This document shows, piece after piece, positions 51,126-64,000 of a stretch of 64,000 nucleotides of DNA. The notes beneath the pieces are model-generated. The model was given only the letters and a program-made list of their open reading frames with translations. It searched no databases and was not told the DNA's origin. The DNA lies in contig CP154954.1 of NCBI GenBank assembly GCA_039621445.1, positions 44,743,847 through 44,807,846 on the forward strand. The letters run 5' to 3'. Within the stretch, counting starts at the first letter, position 1. Every line of letters begins with the position of its first letter. The DNA comes from Euglena gracilis (taxonomy: Eukaryota). The position numbers were made by a program, and so were the translations under genes.

Positions 51126-54100
51126 CTAGCATCGGTTTTCTTTCCCCCTTCCTTTTCCTTTGCCTTTCCCACCATCCTGGCCCTTTCCCCTAGACCAGTC
51201 ATTTCCATTGTTTCCTTTCCCCCAAGAATTGTTTCCTTTGCCTTTTCCTTTGCCTTTGCCTTTGCCACCACCAGACTGTGAATCAAAATTCTGTTGATTT
51301 GAGTGCCACCACTGATTTCCCTGAAAATTGCCATTGGCATTGTAATTCCACCCAGAATCGTTTCTCCATCCCCCCCCCCATTGCCAAACTGAGATTGCTG
51401 GGGGGGTGGTAATGACTGTGATCGAACCACTGGCACTGGATTTTGCACGGGGGGGGTTCACGTTTGCATTGGTCGCAGGAGCTGCCACCTGTGGATCTGA
51501 TTTTCCAACGGACGGTTTTGCCACCGTTTCGCACCCCTTGGCTGACCGTGTTGGGGAGGGTGTCCTGGACCCCTTGGCCCGATCTGCCTTAGCAGACCTG
51601 GCCCTCCGGTTTCCAAACGTATTTGGCTCCCTGGAACGGTGTATCATGTCTTGAGAATCCCTGGAAGACAATTTTCGCTCAACAAAACGTAACATTTCTT
51701 CAGCTCCCATTTTTGGCTGTTCCTCCACAATTTTGATCCTTTTATCCGTGCCTGTGATTGGTTTCCCACTGACCTCTTTCAGTTTCTCGCAAATCGTAGT
51801 GTTGGGCAAAAAGACTTCGAACTCCAGCGGTGAAACTTTCAAAACCTTGCAGGGCTTTTCCCCAGTGACACGTTCCACGGCACAAATAATGTTTTCCTCG
51901 GTTGCTGGCACTCCAGTGTACATTTTGACTTTCGGTCCACACGTTGATTTTCTTTCCTCCTCATCGGCGACCCAATGCAAAATGAAATTTGGCAGTTTTC
52001 CCTTGACCAGTCTTTCTGCCTCATCGTCAGTGGCACTTTTCACCTGTCTCCAAGCCATTCTGAAATTTATGACAAAATCTCGCCATTCCCGTACGGTAAT
52101 TTTCCCTTGGTTCACAAGGTTCACATTATACCATTTTGTTCTGGCGCACTCGGACTGAGTTCCAGCATATTTCCCGTCAATCCTGTCAAATTCCTCCTCA
52201 GAAGATGTTTTTCCGTTCAATTCCGTTCGGAATTGCAATTCCTTTTGATTTGTGTCGTCCAGCGTCATTGAAAAAAGCTGAAGCTTGAGTGAATCAGACA
52301 CATGTCCATTTTGCAAAATAACCACCGTCCTGAAATATTGATCCCAATCCCGCACAAAGGACGACCAGTCTTTTGTCTGTCCAGAAAAATTTGGAGCTAC
52401 CAGGTTTTTCATCAATTGATGCGTTGCCACTGCATTTGATGAAACTAGTCCTGCACCTGCAGGCACTGCCCCCACAGGTCGTGCACAAACCTGCCTGACA
52501 TGTGTCGCATGTGACCCTGGTTCAGCGTATTCATAGCTTTCAATTTCAACCAGATTTTTCTCGATCACAGGTAAGTCGTTGTAACCAAAAATATCAAACT
52601 CTTCGATTTCTGGGTTTCCAGCTGATTTTTCTCTCGTTTCCTTTGTCAGATCCACTGTCGCAGATTTGGCAGATTCAGCTTGCTGATTTTTCATCACCAA
52701 AACTCAGCCTGAAATAATTCCAGCTTTTGTTGCAATTTTTTCCGCTCCTGCTGTTCTTTTCGAAGTTCAATGCATTGCTGTTGCAGTAAAACTCCAACCT
52801 GCTGTTTCATCGAGTTTTCCATTTCAGCCCGAACTTTTTCAAGCTGCCCCTCCCTTTCACTCAGCCTCAACCTTTCCTGCAACATTTCACTGATAATGAC
52901 CTCCAAATTCTTTCTCCTTTGCAGCCCCAACTCCCTTTGCACCTCCAACCGAATTGTTTCCTCACTCTTGTTAATCAGGTCACAGACTTTCTCAATGGGA
53001 AAATCTTTCCGACCCAGAAAATTCTCCAACCAGCCCAAACGATCATTCAGAGATTTGCCCTCTCGCTCCAGGGACTGTGAAAATTCCTTCAATTTCTCAG
53101 CCTGTGCCTGAAAATTGGCACACTCAGTCTCCCCCAAACTTTTGCATTGCTGAAAAATGGTCCCAAAGCGTCCCTCCGGACCAGAGCTTAGCTCACCGAC
53201 TGCAGATTTGACCTGATTAACAGCTATTTCCTGCTTTTTTTTCTTCTCCCCCACTTGTTGCACCACCACGTGCATCTCCCCCACAGATTTTTCCAAAAAC
53301 GACAGCTTCTGAGAAAAATTCCTCTCATTTTTTCTCAACCCCTCAACCTGGGTCTCAAAAAACGTGTTTACTCCATCCTCCACTTTCTTCACTTTTTCAG
53401 CAAACTGCCGTTCCATTTCCACACTCAACAAACATCTTTGGCATTGGGCCAGATTTTGCACCATTTCACCATTTTGCTGAAACTGCAAAAGCAAGTCGTT
53501 CACAGTTGAACTCAGTTCAGCCTGAATTTCACGTTTCACCATGGCAATGTGATCAGCCATTCGCTGATCATGCATGCCCAATGCCTCATTGACCAGATTC
53601 AATGCCTGCCCATTTGACATGGCCAATGCCCGATTTAGCCTGTTTTCTGCCTCACCCACCAAAATTTCAGCCGTTTTTTCAGGGTTTTTTCCTTCCTGCA
53701 CCAAAAGTCTGCCATGTAAACATTCAACTTTGCAACTGATTTCTTCACCCCAATTGTTCCAATCATCATCAGATTGGCCATAGCCCGATTCCATTTCCAC
53801 ATCATGCTGATTTCAGGGTTTTCGGACCCAGTTTCTGCAAAAAAAAAAAACTGGTGTTTGGCTGTAAATTCTGTGGCTGGGTCTGTGGAAAATCTGGCTG
53901 AATTGGCTGAAAATTCTGGGCTGGGCCTGTGTTTGAAGACACTGTTAACGCTGGCTGAAAAACCTGCCCATGCATCTGGGCTGATCCCATGATTGCTGGA
54001 ACAGATGACTCAGCAGAAAACTGCTGGACTGGCTGAACAACCTGTGAAGTCATCTGGGCTGGCCCCATGATTGCTGGAACAGATGACCCAGCCGAAAACT

Positions 54101-55437
54101 GCCGGGCTGGCTGAAAAACCTGTGAAGTCACCTGGGCTGGCCCCATGATTGCTGGGACAGGTGACCCAGCTGAAAACTGCTGGGCTGGCTGAAAAACCTG
54201 TGAAGTCATCTGAGATGGCCCCATGATTGCTGAAACAGATGACCCGCCGAAAACTGCTGGGCTGGCTGAAAAACCTGTGAAGTCATCTGGGCTGGCCCCA
54301 TGATTGCTGGGACAGATGACCCAGCCGAAAACTGCTGGGCTGGGTGAAAACCCTGTCCAGGCATCTGGGCTGGGACAGACATCTCAGCCGAAAACGGCTG
54401 GGCTGGCTGAAAAACCTGCAGCTGGGCTGCAGCTGGCTGTGCTGACTGCGTTTCTGAACTCTGTGTTAACAGCAATGGTTCTGGCTGGCTGTTAAACACA
54501 ACATTTTTTGTTCTGGCCCTGGGCTGCTGTCTCGTGACGACACAGAAATTTGCTGAAAACCTGAAAAATTTACTGGCCACATGCCAGCAGCTTTCATTCT
54601 TTGCATATCCATTTCCTGAATTATTGCGTTTTCAGCCTGCTTTTCTTCCTCTGTTTCACTTTTGTAAGCTGGGGGGTCTGGTTCCTCATCACTGCTGTGC
54701 AGTGGAACCAGCTGAAAATTTTCTGGCCCTGCCACCGTGATGGGCCTTATGCATGTAATTGACACCCTCCCAGAATCAGCATCAGATTCTGATGCTTGTG
54801 TCGTTTCTGAAAATTCTGAAGACGATAAAGTTTCTGCAGCCTGAAAATTGTTTTCTGCCACAGATTCCGTCACGATTTGCAATGATGCCACAGATTCTGA
54901 AAACTGGGCTGCAGAAAACTCAGTTTCCTTTTCGTTCTGAAAATAGATATCTGCCACAGATCTCAGAAAATTTTCACCACAATCTGAAACTCGGACAGAA
55001 TGATCTGAAAACGAGCAGATTTCTGCAGATTCTTCTGAAAATTCACAGACAACTGGGTTGGTGAAGCTGCTCTCGTGTACCATGTTTACCGGGTCTGACT
55101 TGTCATCAACGGAAACTGAAACCTCTTCACTGACAGAGTCAGCGAAGTAACCTCTGCGTACCATGTTCACCGGGTTCGCCACCCCCGGGCCGCCGGTCGC
55201 CCCCGCGACCGCCGAGTCCCTTCGGGCCGAGGGCCCCGGGGGATCCTCGCCGGTGGGGAGGACCACCGACAGGGGGGGTGGTGTTTCCGGGGTGGGGCCT
55301 GCGCTTTCTCCGGGGGTTGGTGGGCTCAAGTCAACCCCCGTTTTTTCACCCAGGTGGTTTCCCCAACCCCAGCCGGTGCGTAGGATCGTTTTTTGAACGG
55401 TTTCCGATAATTTGGTGAAAACTGAAAAATCTGCCAT
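51126..55437 (-). CDS. gag: Long gag-like region (acidic N-terminus, 78-bp repeats, coiled coil, capsid-like part, GK-rich tail) split into several ORFs
   Basis: ORFs 54466-55437, 53802-54580, 52694-53800 and 51126-52700. APNFSGQTKDWSSFVRDW resembles a retrotransposon capsid motif; position is upstream of pol. Confidence 0.6.
53945..54420 (-). repeat. 78-bp coding tandem repeat (QMTSQVFQPAQQFSAGSSVPAIMGPA)
   Basis: CATGATTGCTG recurs at ~78-bp spacing. Confidence 0.9.
55149..55163 (-). promoter_or_regulatory. Primer binding site
   Basis: TGG-starting 15-mer abutting the 5' LTR; cognate tRNA not identified. Confidence 0.7.
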
Positions 55438-55986
55438 TTTGATTGCAAATCTCACTTCTCTCCTCTCTCTCTCTCTCGCACACCTTGTTAGCAAAAACCA
55501 ACCCACTGAACCTTGGAACTTTGAAGTCAAAACTGAAAGAAACTTGAATTCTGAAACTCCGAAACTTGAATGAGAAGACACTTGAAACTGAAACTGTGAA
55601 ATGTGAATGTATGAAATGTGCAAACCTTGGGGCAAGGAGCGTTCAGTGAAAGAGGCGAAGGCGGTGATATAGAGGGGTGGGCGGTGGTGTTTAAGGCTCC
55701 TTCAATACAATTGACTTCAATGGATCAATGACCAACAATGAAACTCAGCTTGCAATTCCAAATCAAAGTCCAATTGCCAAATTCAATACAATAGTATTCC
55801 TTCTTGCCAAATATTGGGGAAACCCCTCAAGTTCTGTGAAAAATGACAAATTTGAAGGAGCTTAGAAATTTGACCCGCTTCCAATTTAAGTCGCGGGTTT
55901 TTTTTAACTGATTGGCTGTTACCCGCGACTTTGTAATTTGCGCCTTCTGGCAATTTTTGGCTACCGGCGAAAGCCGGCGGCCGACA
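55164..55986 (-). repeat. 5' LTR
   Basis: Direct repeat of 43744-44550, with roughly 15-20 differences by eye plus short indels. Confidence 0.95.
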
Positions 55987-57500
55987 CTTCCCCTGGCCTC
56001 CACTGGCCTCCTGATTTGATTATAATGGCCTCCACTGGCCTTCTTTCCTCCATCTCTCCTTTGAGTTGGATGATCCTGCTGGGCCCAAATTCCGTGATGG
56101 GGTGACTTCGTGCTGTATTGATGAGCGGCTCCTGAGGGGTTTATGCTTGAGGGAGCTGCGGGGAAAAATGGACATGCCTTTCCCCAATGGCAGTTTCCCA
56201 TCTTGATAGTCTGGCTTCCATAGCCTTCAAGTTGGGCTCTATGCCCTGTTGAGTGATGGCTGCCATAGCCTTGCTGAAAAGGGCTTCCGTGCCCCTGATG
56301 CAGTCCATGTTGCCTTTGGACTTTCCCCCTGGGCGGGGGGTGGGGATGTGTAAAAGGGGGGGTTGTCTGCCAGACCTGTTTTCCCATTTCCAGCTGGCAA
56401 CTTCTCCACTTGGGCTGTGGACTGCTGCCTTCTTTGTCTCCTCGACTTTCTGGCCACCACTGTCCAGGGTCCATGGCCGTCGTTGAACTGTTGGAACTGA
56501 GATTTTTCTGGGTCATTGGAGGGTGGGGGGGTTGCGACGGCCACGGAGTGGCGTTCTGCACCTGCACCAGTGGGGTTCTCCAGCGCCTGCTGCTCCTACA
56601 CTCTTCTCCACTTCTGGGGTCGTTCTTTAATTTGCTTCGGCGCTTGCTGGTGCTCCATCTTCTCGAGCTTCTGCTGCCTTCGCTTGGGTTCTTTGCTGCT
56701 CCTCTTTGCAGCTGGGTAATTGGGTTGTTGCATATTTTCTTGGAAATCAAAAAATGTTCTTCCGATTTCTTTATCTTACGGATTTCTCTCCACCACTGAA
56801 TTGATTGCTTGATGGTGGTGAACGTATTTGAACTCATTGGGTTGAAATTCTTTCCCCTTGAGGTCGAACGGAAGATTTTGGACTCAACCAACTCCGGCAA
56901 CAAAAACAAGTAAGAAGCACAACATACACACACCGGAGCAGAGCAGCCGGAAAGGAAAGCAGGGCCTCACCATCTCGCAGTGCGTGGTCGGCACTAAGCA
57001 GAGACTCCGAGCCCAGCGTCTCACAATCACACAACAGACCGCCGGCGAGCAAGGCATGGCCTCGCAAGGGCAAAGTGCGGGTGCCGCAGGGGAATTTTGG
57101 TGTCTGCCAGCCCCGGGGGAAAGGGCACTGCGTGGGGCCTCCTAGCCCAGCTCGTCACATTCAACCAGCAGACCGCCAGCGAGGGAGGCATGGTGCTGAA
57201 AGGGCAAAGTGCGGAGCCCCAGGTGGTCCGTTTCCGCGGGGAGGGTTCGAAAAGCAAAAAAAAAAAGCCCTGAAAGGGCTTGAAGAAACCAAAAAAATAG
57301 CCCAAAAACGCCACCAACGTCCAGATGAGTTTTTTTTTAAAAAAAATAACCAAAACGCCCAATGGCATAATTGCCATGCCCACGTGCAAACCGACATTGG
57401 CCAATATTTTCCCAAGGCAATGCAAAAATAGCCCCCAAACTAGCAAAAAAACAATCCAAAATAGTCTAGGTGCAATCATTATTGGAGACTTGTAGACTAA
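55987..57500 (-). mobile_element. Probable 5' (gag-like) half of the interrupted DIRS element
   Basis: The GGCCTCCACTGGCCTC motif continues on both sides of the LTR insertion; degenerate low-complexity ORF. Outer boundary uncertain. Confidence 0.5.
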
Positions 57501-58431
57501 AAGGGAGTTAATCATTCAAGATGTTTAAAAAAATGCCACCATCGCCCAGCATCGCCCAGCGTCGCCCAGCATCACCAGAGGTGCTTGGCCTGGACGACCT
57601 TTTGGGTGTGGGTCCCCCCCGACACCTGTCGGGGGTTGGTGCGGACCAGGTTTCGAGTAGTGCTGAGCTCTTGATAAGCGCGCACCCAACCCTTTCATTG
57701 ACCCCATCTACACCGGCCAACTCAATGGAGCTCTTTTGACTAAAATGCAAGGGTTTTGTGCCCGAAACCGGGCACCCGGGGGTCGAAAAACCCCCCGAAA
57801 ACGGCTAAGTCGGACAGTCGGGAAAGTTTGCAGCACGGTCATGCCGCGGGCTCGGCGGGGAGTTTCGCACTCCCTCGAGGGAAAACGACCAGGGAGGAAG
57901 GGCAACCGAGGGCGAAGCACAAAGACCTTGTGAGGCCATGCCTTGCTCGCCGGCGGTGGAGTTTGGATTGTTTGGGTGCGTAGGGTTAGGATGTCCCGCT
58001 TAGTGCCTTTTTTCGCCGGAGTTTGGCTGATTCCTAATTTGCCCTTCGACACCCAGAAGAAAGGAACTTCAAAATACCAAAATACCAATCAAAATACCGG
58101 TGGATGGGCTGTTCCAAGGGCTTCAAATTTGATCTCTGTACATTTCCTTTGACTTGGCTTCATTTTGGGGATATTTTGAAAATTGACATTTTTTTGGCCG
58201 AAATGGCAAGGTCCAAAGGGGGGGGGCTTATCCAGGGGGGGGCGGGCCGATCCTACCCAGTTTGGACCCCTTCGCGCGTGAATAACTCGGGCCTGGCGGG
58301 GAATTGGGAGTCAAACAAACCCAGGTGATTCGGAAACTAGAAATCCAGTCGCTCGCGGCTGAAAAAAAATTTTAGTGAACGGGGTCGGGATCATGGTGGC
58401 AATCTGTCCGTTCTCCAGGTGGCCCCGACCT

Positions 58432-58465
<34 letters not shown>

Positions 58466-59950
58466 GGGGAGGGTTTCGCCAGGGGTAAGCTTCGCTCTTA
58501 CCCATAAAGGGATAAGAGTTCAGCGACCCCCCATCTAATCCCTGCACACCCTCCTTGCATCGAAGCCTGGTCGGGGGGGGGGGGTCGAGGTTTGAAACTT
58601 GAAAAAATGCTTTCCACATCACCCAAAAGACTCATTAGAGGAAGGGGTTTTTCTTTCACCCAAAAATATGCAAAAAATTAATTCAGAAATCGCTTGGTTT
58701 TCCTCTGCGGGGTGGCAACACCTTCCTTGAAATGAGCAAATCAATTCGCCTCCAAGTCCCAAAATTGGTTGTGTGTGGAAAAATAATACATCACCACGAG
58801 CCAGATTGAACCGAGGTTGCCAAGGTTGACTATTGAACACATCCGACCAACGCATCCTGAAGAGATTGGAAATGGCTCCTTGGGGTTTCGTCGTGACACA
58901 GGGCACATGCAATACAGGTTGTTTGTTTAACACATATGTAAATAATTTATTCATTACATAAATAAATTATGTAACCTGTGGGGAGGGGGGCAGACCTCCT
59001 TGACCGACCGGAGGGTGGGGAACCCATAAAAAACAGTTGATATCAAGCCTTTTTCCAAGGTTCCAAGGTTGCACTTGTTCTGGGTGCTGAATGCACACAA
59101 TTCCCCAGAGCCCACAAACCTGGTTTCCAGAACCCAACTCCCCATTCCTTGAGCCAGCTAAATTCATATATAAAAAAACACAAAAACAGATGCAAAATGG
59201 TGGGGGGTGGAAACATACATGGGCAAACCAGTGTCTTGGACATCTTTCTCAAAACTTTTTGTCAAAAAACAAAAACCAACGGAAAAATGCCCACCACAAA
59301 GCGCGGTGCAAACTTGCAAAACGGCATGGCTTGCCCAGTTGCACACACTTCTATTCCACTATGCAGTTCGCAACTTCCAGACTGGCAGAAAAGCAACTCC
59401 GAAAAAAGTTTGCAAAAAATTGAAAAACAAAATGTGCAAAAAAATGCAAAAAATGCTCATTTTCAAGGTTCTGGATATGCCAAAATAAAATCAAGCAAAT
59501 TTCATATTCAATATTGCATATTGCACATTGCATGAGCAACTTGCATATTTTATCCCCCCTCAGAAGTAAGCCCCCCAAAAATGGACCCCCAGCCCATTTT
59601 CAGCAAAATAAAAAAATAAAAAATAGACTCCCAAAATAGACTCCCAAAAAATAATAATCTCTCAATTGGGGAGGGGTGCACTTTTTTTTTGAAATTCTTC
59701 ATTTTTAAACCGTTTTTCATGTGCTAAAATTGGCTTTTTTTTGAGACAATTCTATTTTGTTGCGAAAAATCTAAGCTTGTTTTGAGCGATTTTGCGTTTT
59801 TGGACCACAAAAAAGTTGGTTTTCGGCCAAAAAAATCAAAATCCAAAAAAGAACTCGACCCCCTTAAGATTTTTTTGCAAAAGACCCAAAAAAAGACTTT
59901 TACCCAGGGTTGAGCAACCCAGAGCTGCCAGCAAACAAGACAGCAGGGGT

Positions 59951-60633
59951 CAGGGTTTTTTTTAAGACCGGGGGGGGGGGTCCCCCCCACCCACCCACCC
60001 CCTGGCCCCCCCGGCTGGGGGGGGTCCTGGGGGACCCACAAAAAAAAAAAATGGCCGAAAAATCGCGAAAAGTGCTAAAAATAGCACTTTTTCAGCGCCT
60101 TCGGCGCCAAAAAGTATATCTTACCCCCCTCCGGGGGGACCCCCCCAGGGGGGGGGGGGGCTCGGCCGGACCCAGCCACCTTAAACCCCCCCCTAATAAG
60201 TGCACGGGTGCGCGCATTTTAAGGACGTAGTTTCGGACCCCAAGGGGTGCGCACTTATTGGGGCAGTGCGCACTTTTTAGGGCAAAGCCAAAAATACTGA
60301 CATTTCCCCCACTCTTTTTCAATTTTCCCCCAATTTTGTGATTTCAAGCTATGAGTCAAGTGATTATGTGTCAAATGTGTCAAATTTGGGCTTGGACAAT
60401 AGAAATATTTGGTCTGAGAAGGACAGTTCTGAGAATTGTGCGTGCTTTCCGACCTGAGATATGACAATGATTTCTCCTTTGGGGGGGTGCGCACTTTTTA
60501 GGGAGGTAGTTTCGGACTGGGGGTGCGCACTTATTAGGGCACTGCACACAATTAGGGCACTGCGCACTTATTAGGGGGGGGGGTTACCCCCTCCCCCCCC
60601 CCCCGGGGGTCCACGGCTAAAAAAAAAACCCTG
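59951..60633. mobile_element. MITE family C copy (opposite orientation) with a nested TIR element at ~60182-60586
   Basis: CAGGGTTTTTTTTAAGACC...GTCCACGGCTAAAAAAAAAACCCTG; TSD GCAGGGGT/ACAGGGGT (7/8). The inner element has C-run CTAATAAGTGC...GCACTTATTAG G-run inverted ends. Confidence 0.75.
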
Positions 60634-62986
60634 ACAGGGGTGAGAAACCTGATCAGCCTCGCTGCTTCAAAGTGATCTTGTCCCCAAGGCCCAAGGCAAT
60701 CCCCTGGGTCTTGGACCGGATGCGCACCAACCCTTCGATGCGTCCATCAGGGTGGCGTTCGATGCTGAGGCAGAGAAGAAGGGAGGAAATACACCTCGCC
60801 AACAAATCCAAGGCAGTGGCAAGGCCAAACAACTTTTGCAATCTGAACGCAAACTGGGTAACTGGCACAGTTTGCTGTGTCCATTTGTCTGATGATGCAA
60901 GCACACACATGCACATACATGCACGCAACGACACAAATGCACACAGACAGATGGGGGAGGGACAATGAGAGAGAGAGAGAGAGAGAGAGTGAGTGAGTGA
61001 GAGAGAGAGAGAGAGATTTCTGCAATTTGTCTGTGTTCTATGGAGACCTTCCTAATCGGACGACACACTTTGTTTGTTTGCTTTTTTTGTCCCCGGCACC
61101 TATTTGGGCTGAACAATGAAAGCCTGTTGGGGCCAGGGCATCATTGAATAAGAGTCCTGGAAGCGACCCCATCGTGGTGGATGGGAATCTACCCCCACTT
61201 CCCAGCTTGCAAAGGCGCTGATTTTTCGGCCAGAATTCCCTTTGCAAAAATGCCATTCGGATAGATGGGAAGCCTTGAGGGGGGGGTCAGACACCCTCCC
61301 AACACGGGGGCGGTCGGAGCTGAGCTCTTTACCTATCTGATGGTGAAAGGCAACCCGGCCCGGCCGGCGGCCCAGCCCAGCCTGGCCCAGCAGGCAGCCT
61401 GGTGGCCCAGCCAGCGGCCCAGCGGCCCGGCCCGACCCGGCCGGTGGCCTGGCGCCTGGCCCTGCCCAGCTGGCAGCCCGGCCAGGCCAGGCCAGGCCCA
61501 GCGGCACAGATTGGGCGCGTAGCTGGCCCTGGAGTTATATGCAGGGTGATAGAGGGTCCTCAAAGATTTATTTAAGGTCTCCAGTTATTTCCTTCTGTAC
61601 CTCATCATTTTGCAGAAATTCTGAAATTTTCGATTTTTTTATCCCAAAATGGCCCTAAAATCGCCAAACCGGCTGTATTTGTGACCTTGGGGGCCAAAAC
61701 AGGGTTTCATTATTTTAGGTCCCCAGTGGTTTCCTTTTGATTGGCCACCATTTTGGAAATTTTGAAATTTCGATTTTTTGACCCATGGTACAGCATGTGT
61801 GGAGCAAAACGCCATTAAATTGACAATCACTTACGGGGAAATAAAAATACGTAAAAAAATAAAATAAAATACATAAAATACCATTAGATAGGGCGTTTCA
61901 AGGGCTTTATGTTAGGTCTCCAGACATTTCCTTTGATTTTGCTTCATTTCCGAGATATTTTGGAAGCATCGTTTTTTGGACCTCAAAACAGCCCAAAATG
62001 GCCCCAGAAATGGGCCAAAATTGGTCGAGAAATGGCCATGACTCGGGCCACACGAAGAAGTTGGGGGGAAAAGTAACCCATGACCAGATTGGGCATTCCA
62101 AGGGCTTCATTTTTGGTCTCCAGGAAATTCCTTTGATTTTTGCTTCATTGTCCAGATATCTTGAAAAAATCGATTCTTCGACCAAAAAACAGGGCTGTTT
62201 TGGGCCGCAAAAGTGCACCGGAACACAGGCCAGGCGGCCAAAACAGCGAATGGGGGGCGATAGAGGGTCTCAGGGGGGGTGCATTTCGTCTGGCGGACAC
62301 TTTTGGAGATAATGGACATTTTCTCGAGATTTTTGAAAAATCAATTCTTTTGACCAAAAATCTCAGCCCGCAAAATGGCAGAGTCGTAACTGGGGGGGGG
62401 GGGTGGCTAATCCTCCAGTGATCCAACCCTTGTCAGTTGAATAAATCTGGCCGGGCGGGGGGTTGGGGATCCAGTCGCTTGCGACTGAATGAGAAAAAAT
62501 TCCTGGAATGGGGCCAGGGTCATGGTGATAATCCGCGGTTCTCATAACCTAATTTTTCCTGGTGGTGAGCTCCGCTCTTACTCTAAAGAGATCAGCCTCC
62601 CCCCCTACCTCGAAACTGAAGGGGGCAGGGAAAATTATTGATTGTATGGACCGGCAAAGGCCCAGATGCAAGGCCAAAGTTAGTGGGAAAGCCCTGATTT
62701 TGTCTGGAAAAAAAAATTAAAAAAAAATGTTCATTTTTTGAAAATTTTTAACACTTTTTTTGTGGAAACATCAAAAACAACAAAACATGTGCAATATGCT
62801 CTAAAATGAGGGAAACGGGGCATTTTTTTTGCTCATTTTCCAGCGCAGCACCGGAAGAAAATTTTTGCTATTTTTGGAACCTGCCGAGGACGGGGGGTGG
62901 GGATCTAGGCTCCCTCCCAACATCGAGGGGGGATCCGAACCCCTCTGCCACCTTACCCCGGGGGGAGGGGGGGGCAACCCCTACCA

Positions 62987-63569
62987 CAGGGTTTACCACC
63001 GGTTCGTGCTAGGAAGCCTGAAATACGCTTCGTGATTGTTCGTGATTGTTCGGACTTCCAAAAAACCGTCCGGTTTTCCATTTTCCTTAGCGAAATAGGT
63101 GATTCCTCTGGTACTTTGGCTTCTTGTGCTCTTTTAATTGAAATATCCAGGTCAATGAGGAAAGCAAAAGCTCAATTCAATTCAGCTGATGAACCAGATT
63201 TTTCCACAATCTTCGGTTTGCAAATGAGGTTGTCCTTGTGAATTGACAATGAAATATGTCGCTTTGCATATGTCTTCTTGGCCCAGTGCACTGAAAAATG
63301 GCAAACACTGAACCATTTCTGAACCTCTCAAACTGAAAAAAAGGGGGGGAATCAAAACAAGATAGGTGTGACACCTGGGCAGTATGCTTTTCAGGAGTCA
63401 TTTTGCCACCTCTCTTCCATGATGTTATCTCTTTGGTTGGTTGAACAACACCGGTATTCTCAGAAGAAGACATTTCTGCAGGGGTGACGAAAAAATCCGG
63501 TTCGTGATTGTTCGTGCTGGTTCGTGATTGTTCGTGATTGTTCGTGGCACGAACCGGTGAAAAACCCTG
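62987..63569. mobile_element. hAT-like MITE
   Basis: 23-bp TIR CAGGGTTTACCACCGGTTCGTGC / GCACGAACCGGTGAAAAACCCTG; subterminal TTCGTGATTG repeats; TSD degenerate. Confidence 0.7.
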
Positions 63570-64000
63570 CCCACCACCCACCTCAAACCCAGAGGGTTGC
63601 ACAGCACTGTTTAACGGTCTGTAGCAATCAAGGATGAGGGATGGCACTGTGGCAGGGTCGTCTTCCCCTGGCAATGTCCCACCTGCCAGCCTGAACCCAC
63701 ATACAATCTTGCAGTCCACGAACAACACACTTTCATCCACATCCAAAAATGATTGGATTCGGTGCCCTCCCACCGTTGGGGTTCCATACTTGGAGGGGGG
63801 ACACAGAATGTAAAGCACAGAAGGTGTGGCAAAAAGGTCCCACCTGACATTGGCCAGGGCATCTTCCCCAAAAGAGCTCTTTGCGTAGAGGTTGGCCGAC
63901 AGGAAATCGCAATCTCCTTGGATGAAGTTGTCTGACGTGAGAGACCTGCACAGAAAAGGAGGCGGGGAGCCCCTTGTGGCAGCCAGACTGTTCCCCCACC

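Larger units (their letters stand above)
43744..55986 (-). mobile_element. Ty3/Gypsy chromodomain LTR retrotransposon carrying DNA methyltransferases (frameshifted copy)
   Basis: TG...CA LTRs at 43744-44550 and 55164-55986; 4-bp TSD CTTC (43740-43743, 55987-55990); PBS TGGTACGCAGAGGTT and PPT AGGGAGGGGG on the minus strand; order gag-MTases-PR-RT-RH-INT-chromo. Confidence 0.95.

Noticed and set aside
63177-64000. Possible transposase remnant
   Set aside because: No convincing catalytic motifs by eye; the ORF runs across a MITE boundary.

Overview
Eukaryotic, repeat-dense DNA, most likely from a euglenid. This assignment is an inference from non-GT-AG stem-ended introns, TTAGGG repeats and GC3-rich short exons. 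(1) About 4.3-31.1 kb holds one plus-strand multi-exon gene for an ankyrin / degenerate ADP-ribosyltransferase-like / TPR protein ending in a CaaX box (CVIQ*). I joined 22 introns by hand in frame. None is GT-AG, and all follow exon|N3-[stem...stem]-N5(6)|exon. Two introns are intact CA...TG MITEs with perfect 8-bp target-site duplications (TSDs), so the 3+5 splice geometry removes exactly one TSD copy, as expected for hAT-like introners. Bases 1-2650 duplicate 9027-11688, and a 4.5-kb satellite lies inside a 5.8-kb intron. (2) About 35.7-58 kb is a nest of retroelements. A 12.2-kb Ty3/Gypsy chromodomain LTR element carries a fused C5-cytosine plus Dam-like N6-adenine methyltransferase between gag and protease. 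It is inserted into a decayed DIRS-type element, whose tyrosine recombinase is cut at the HSTR motif and capped by (TTAGGG)n. Most ORFs in the supplied track are microsatellite or satellite artefacts. All domain calls are by-eye motif recognition; no searches were run.
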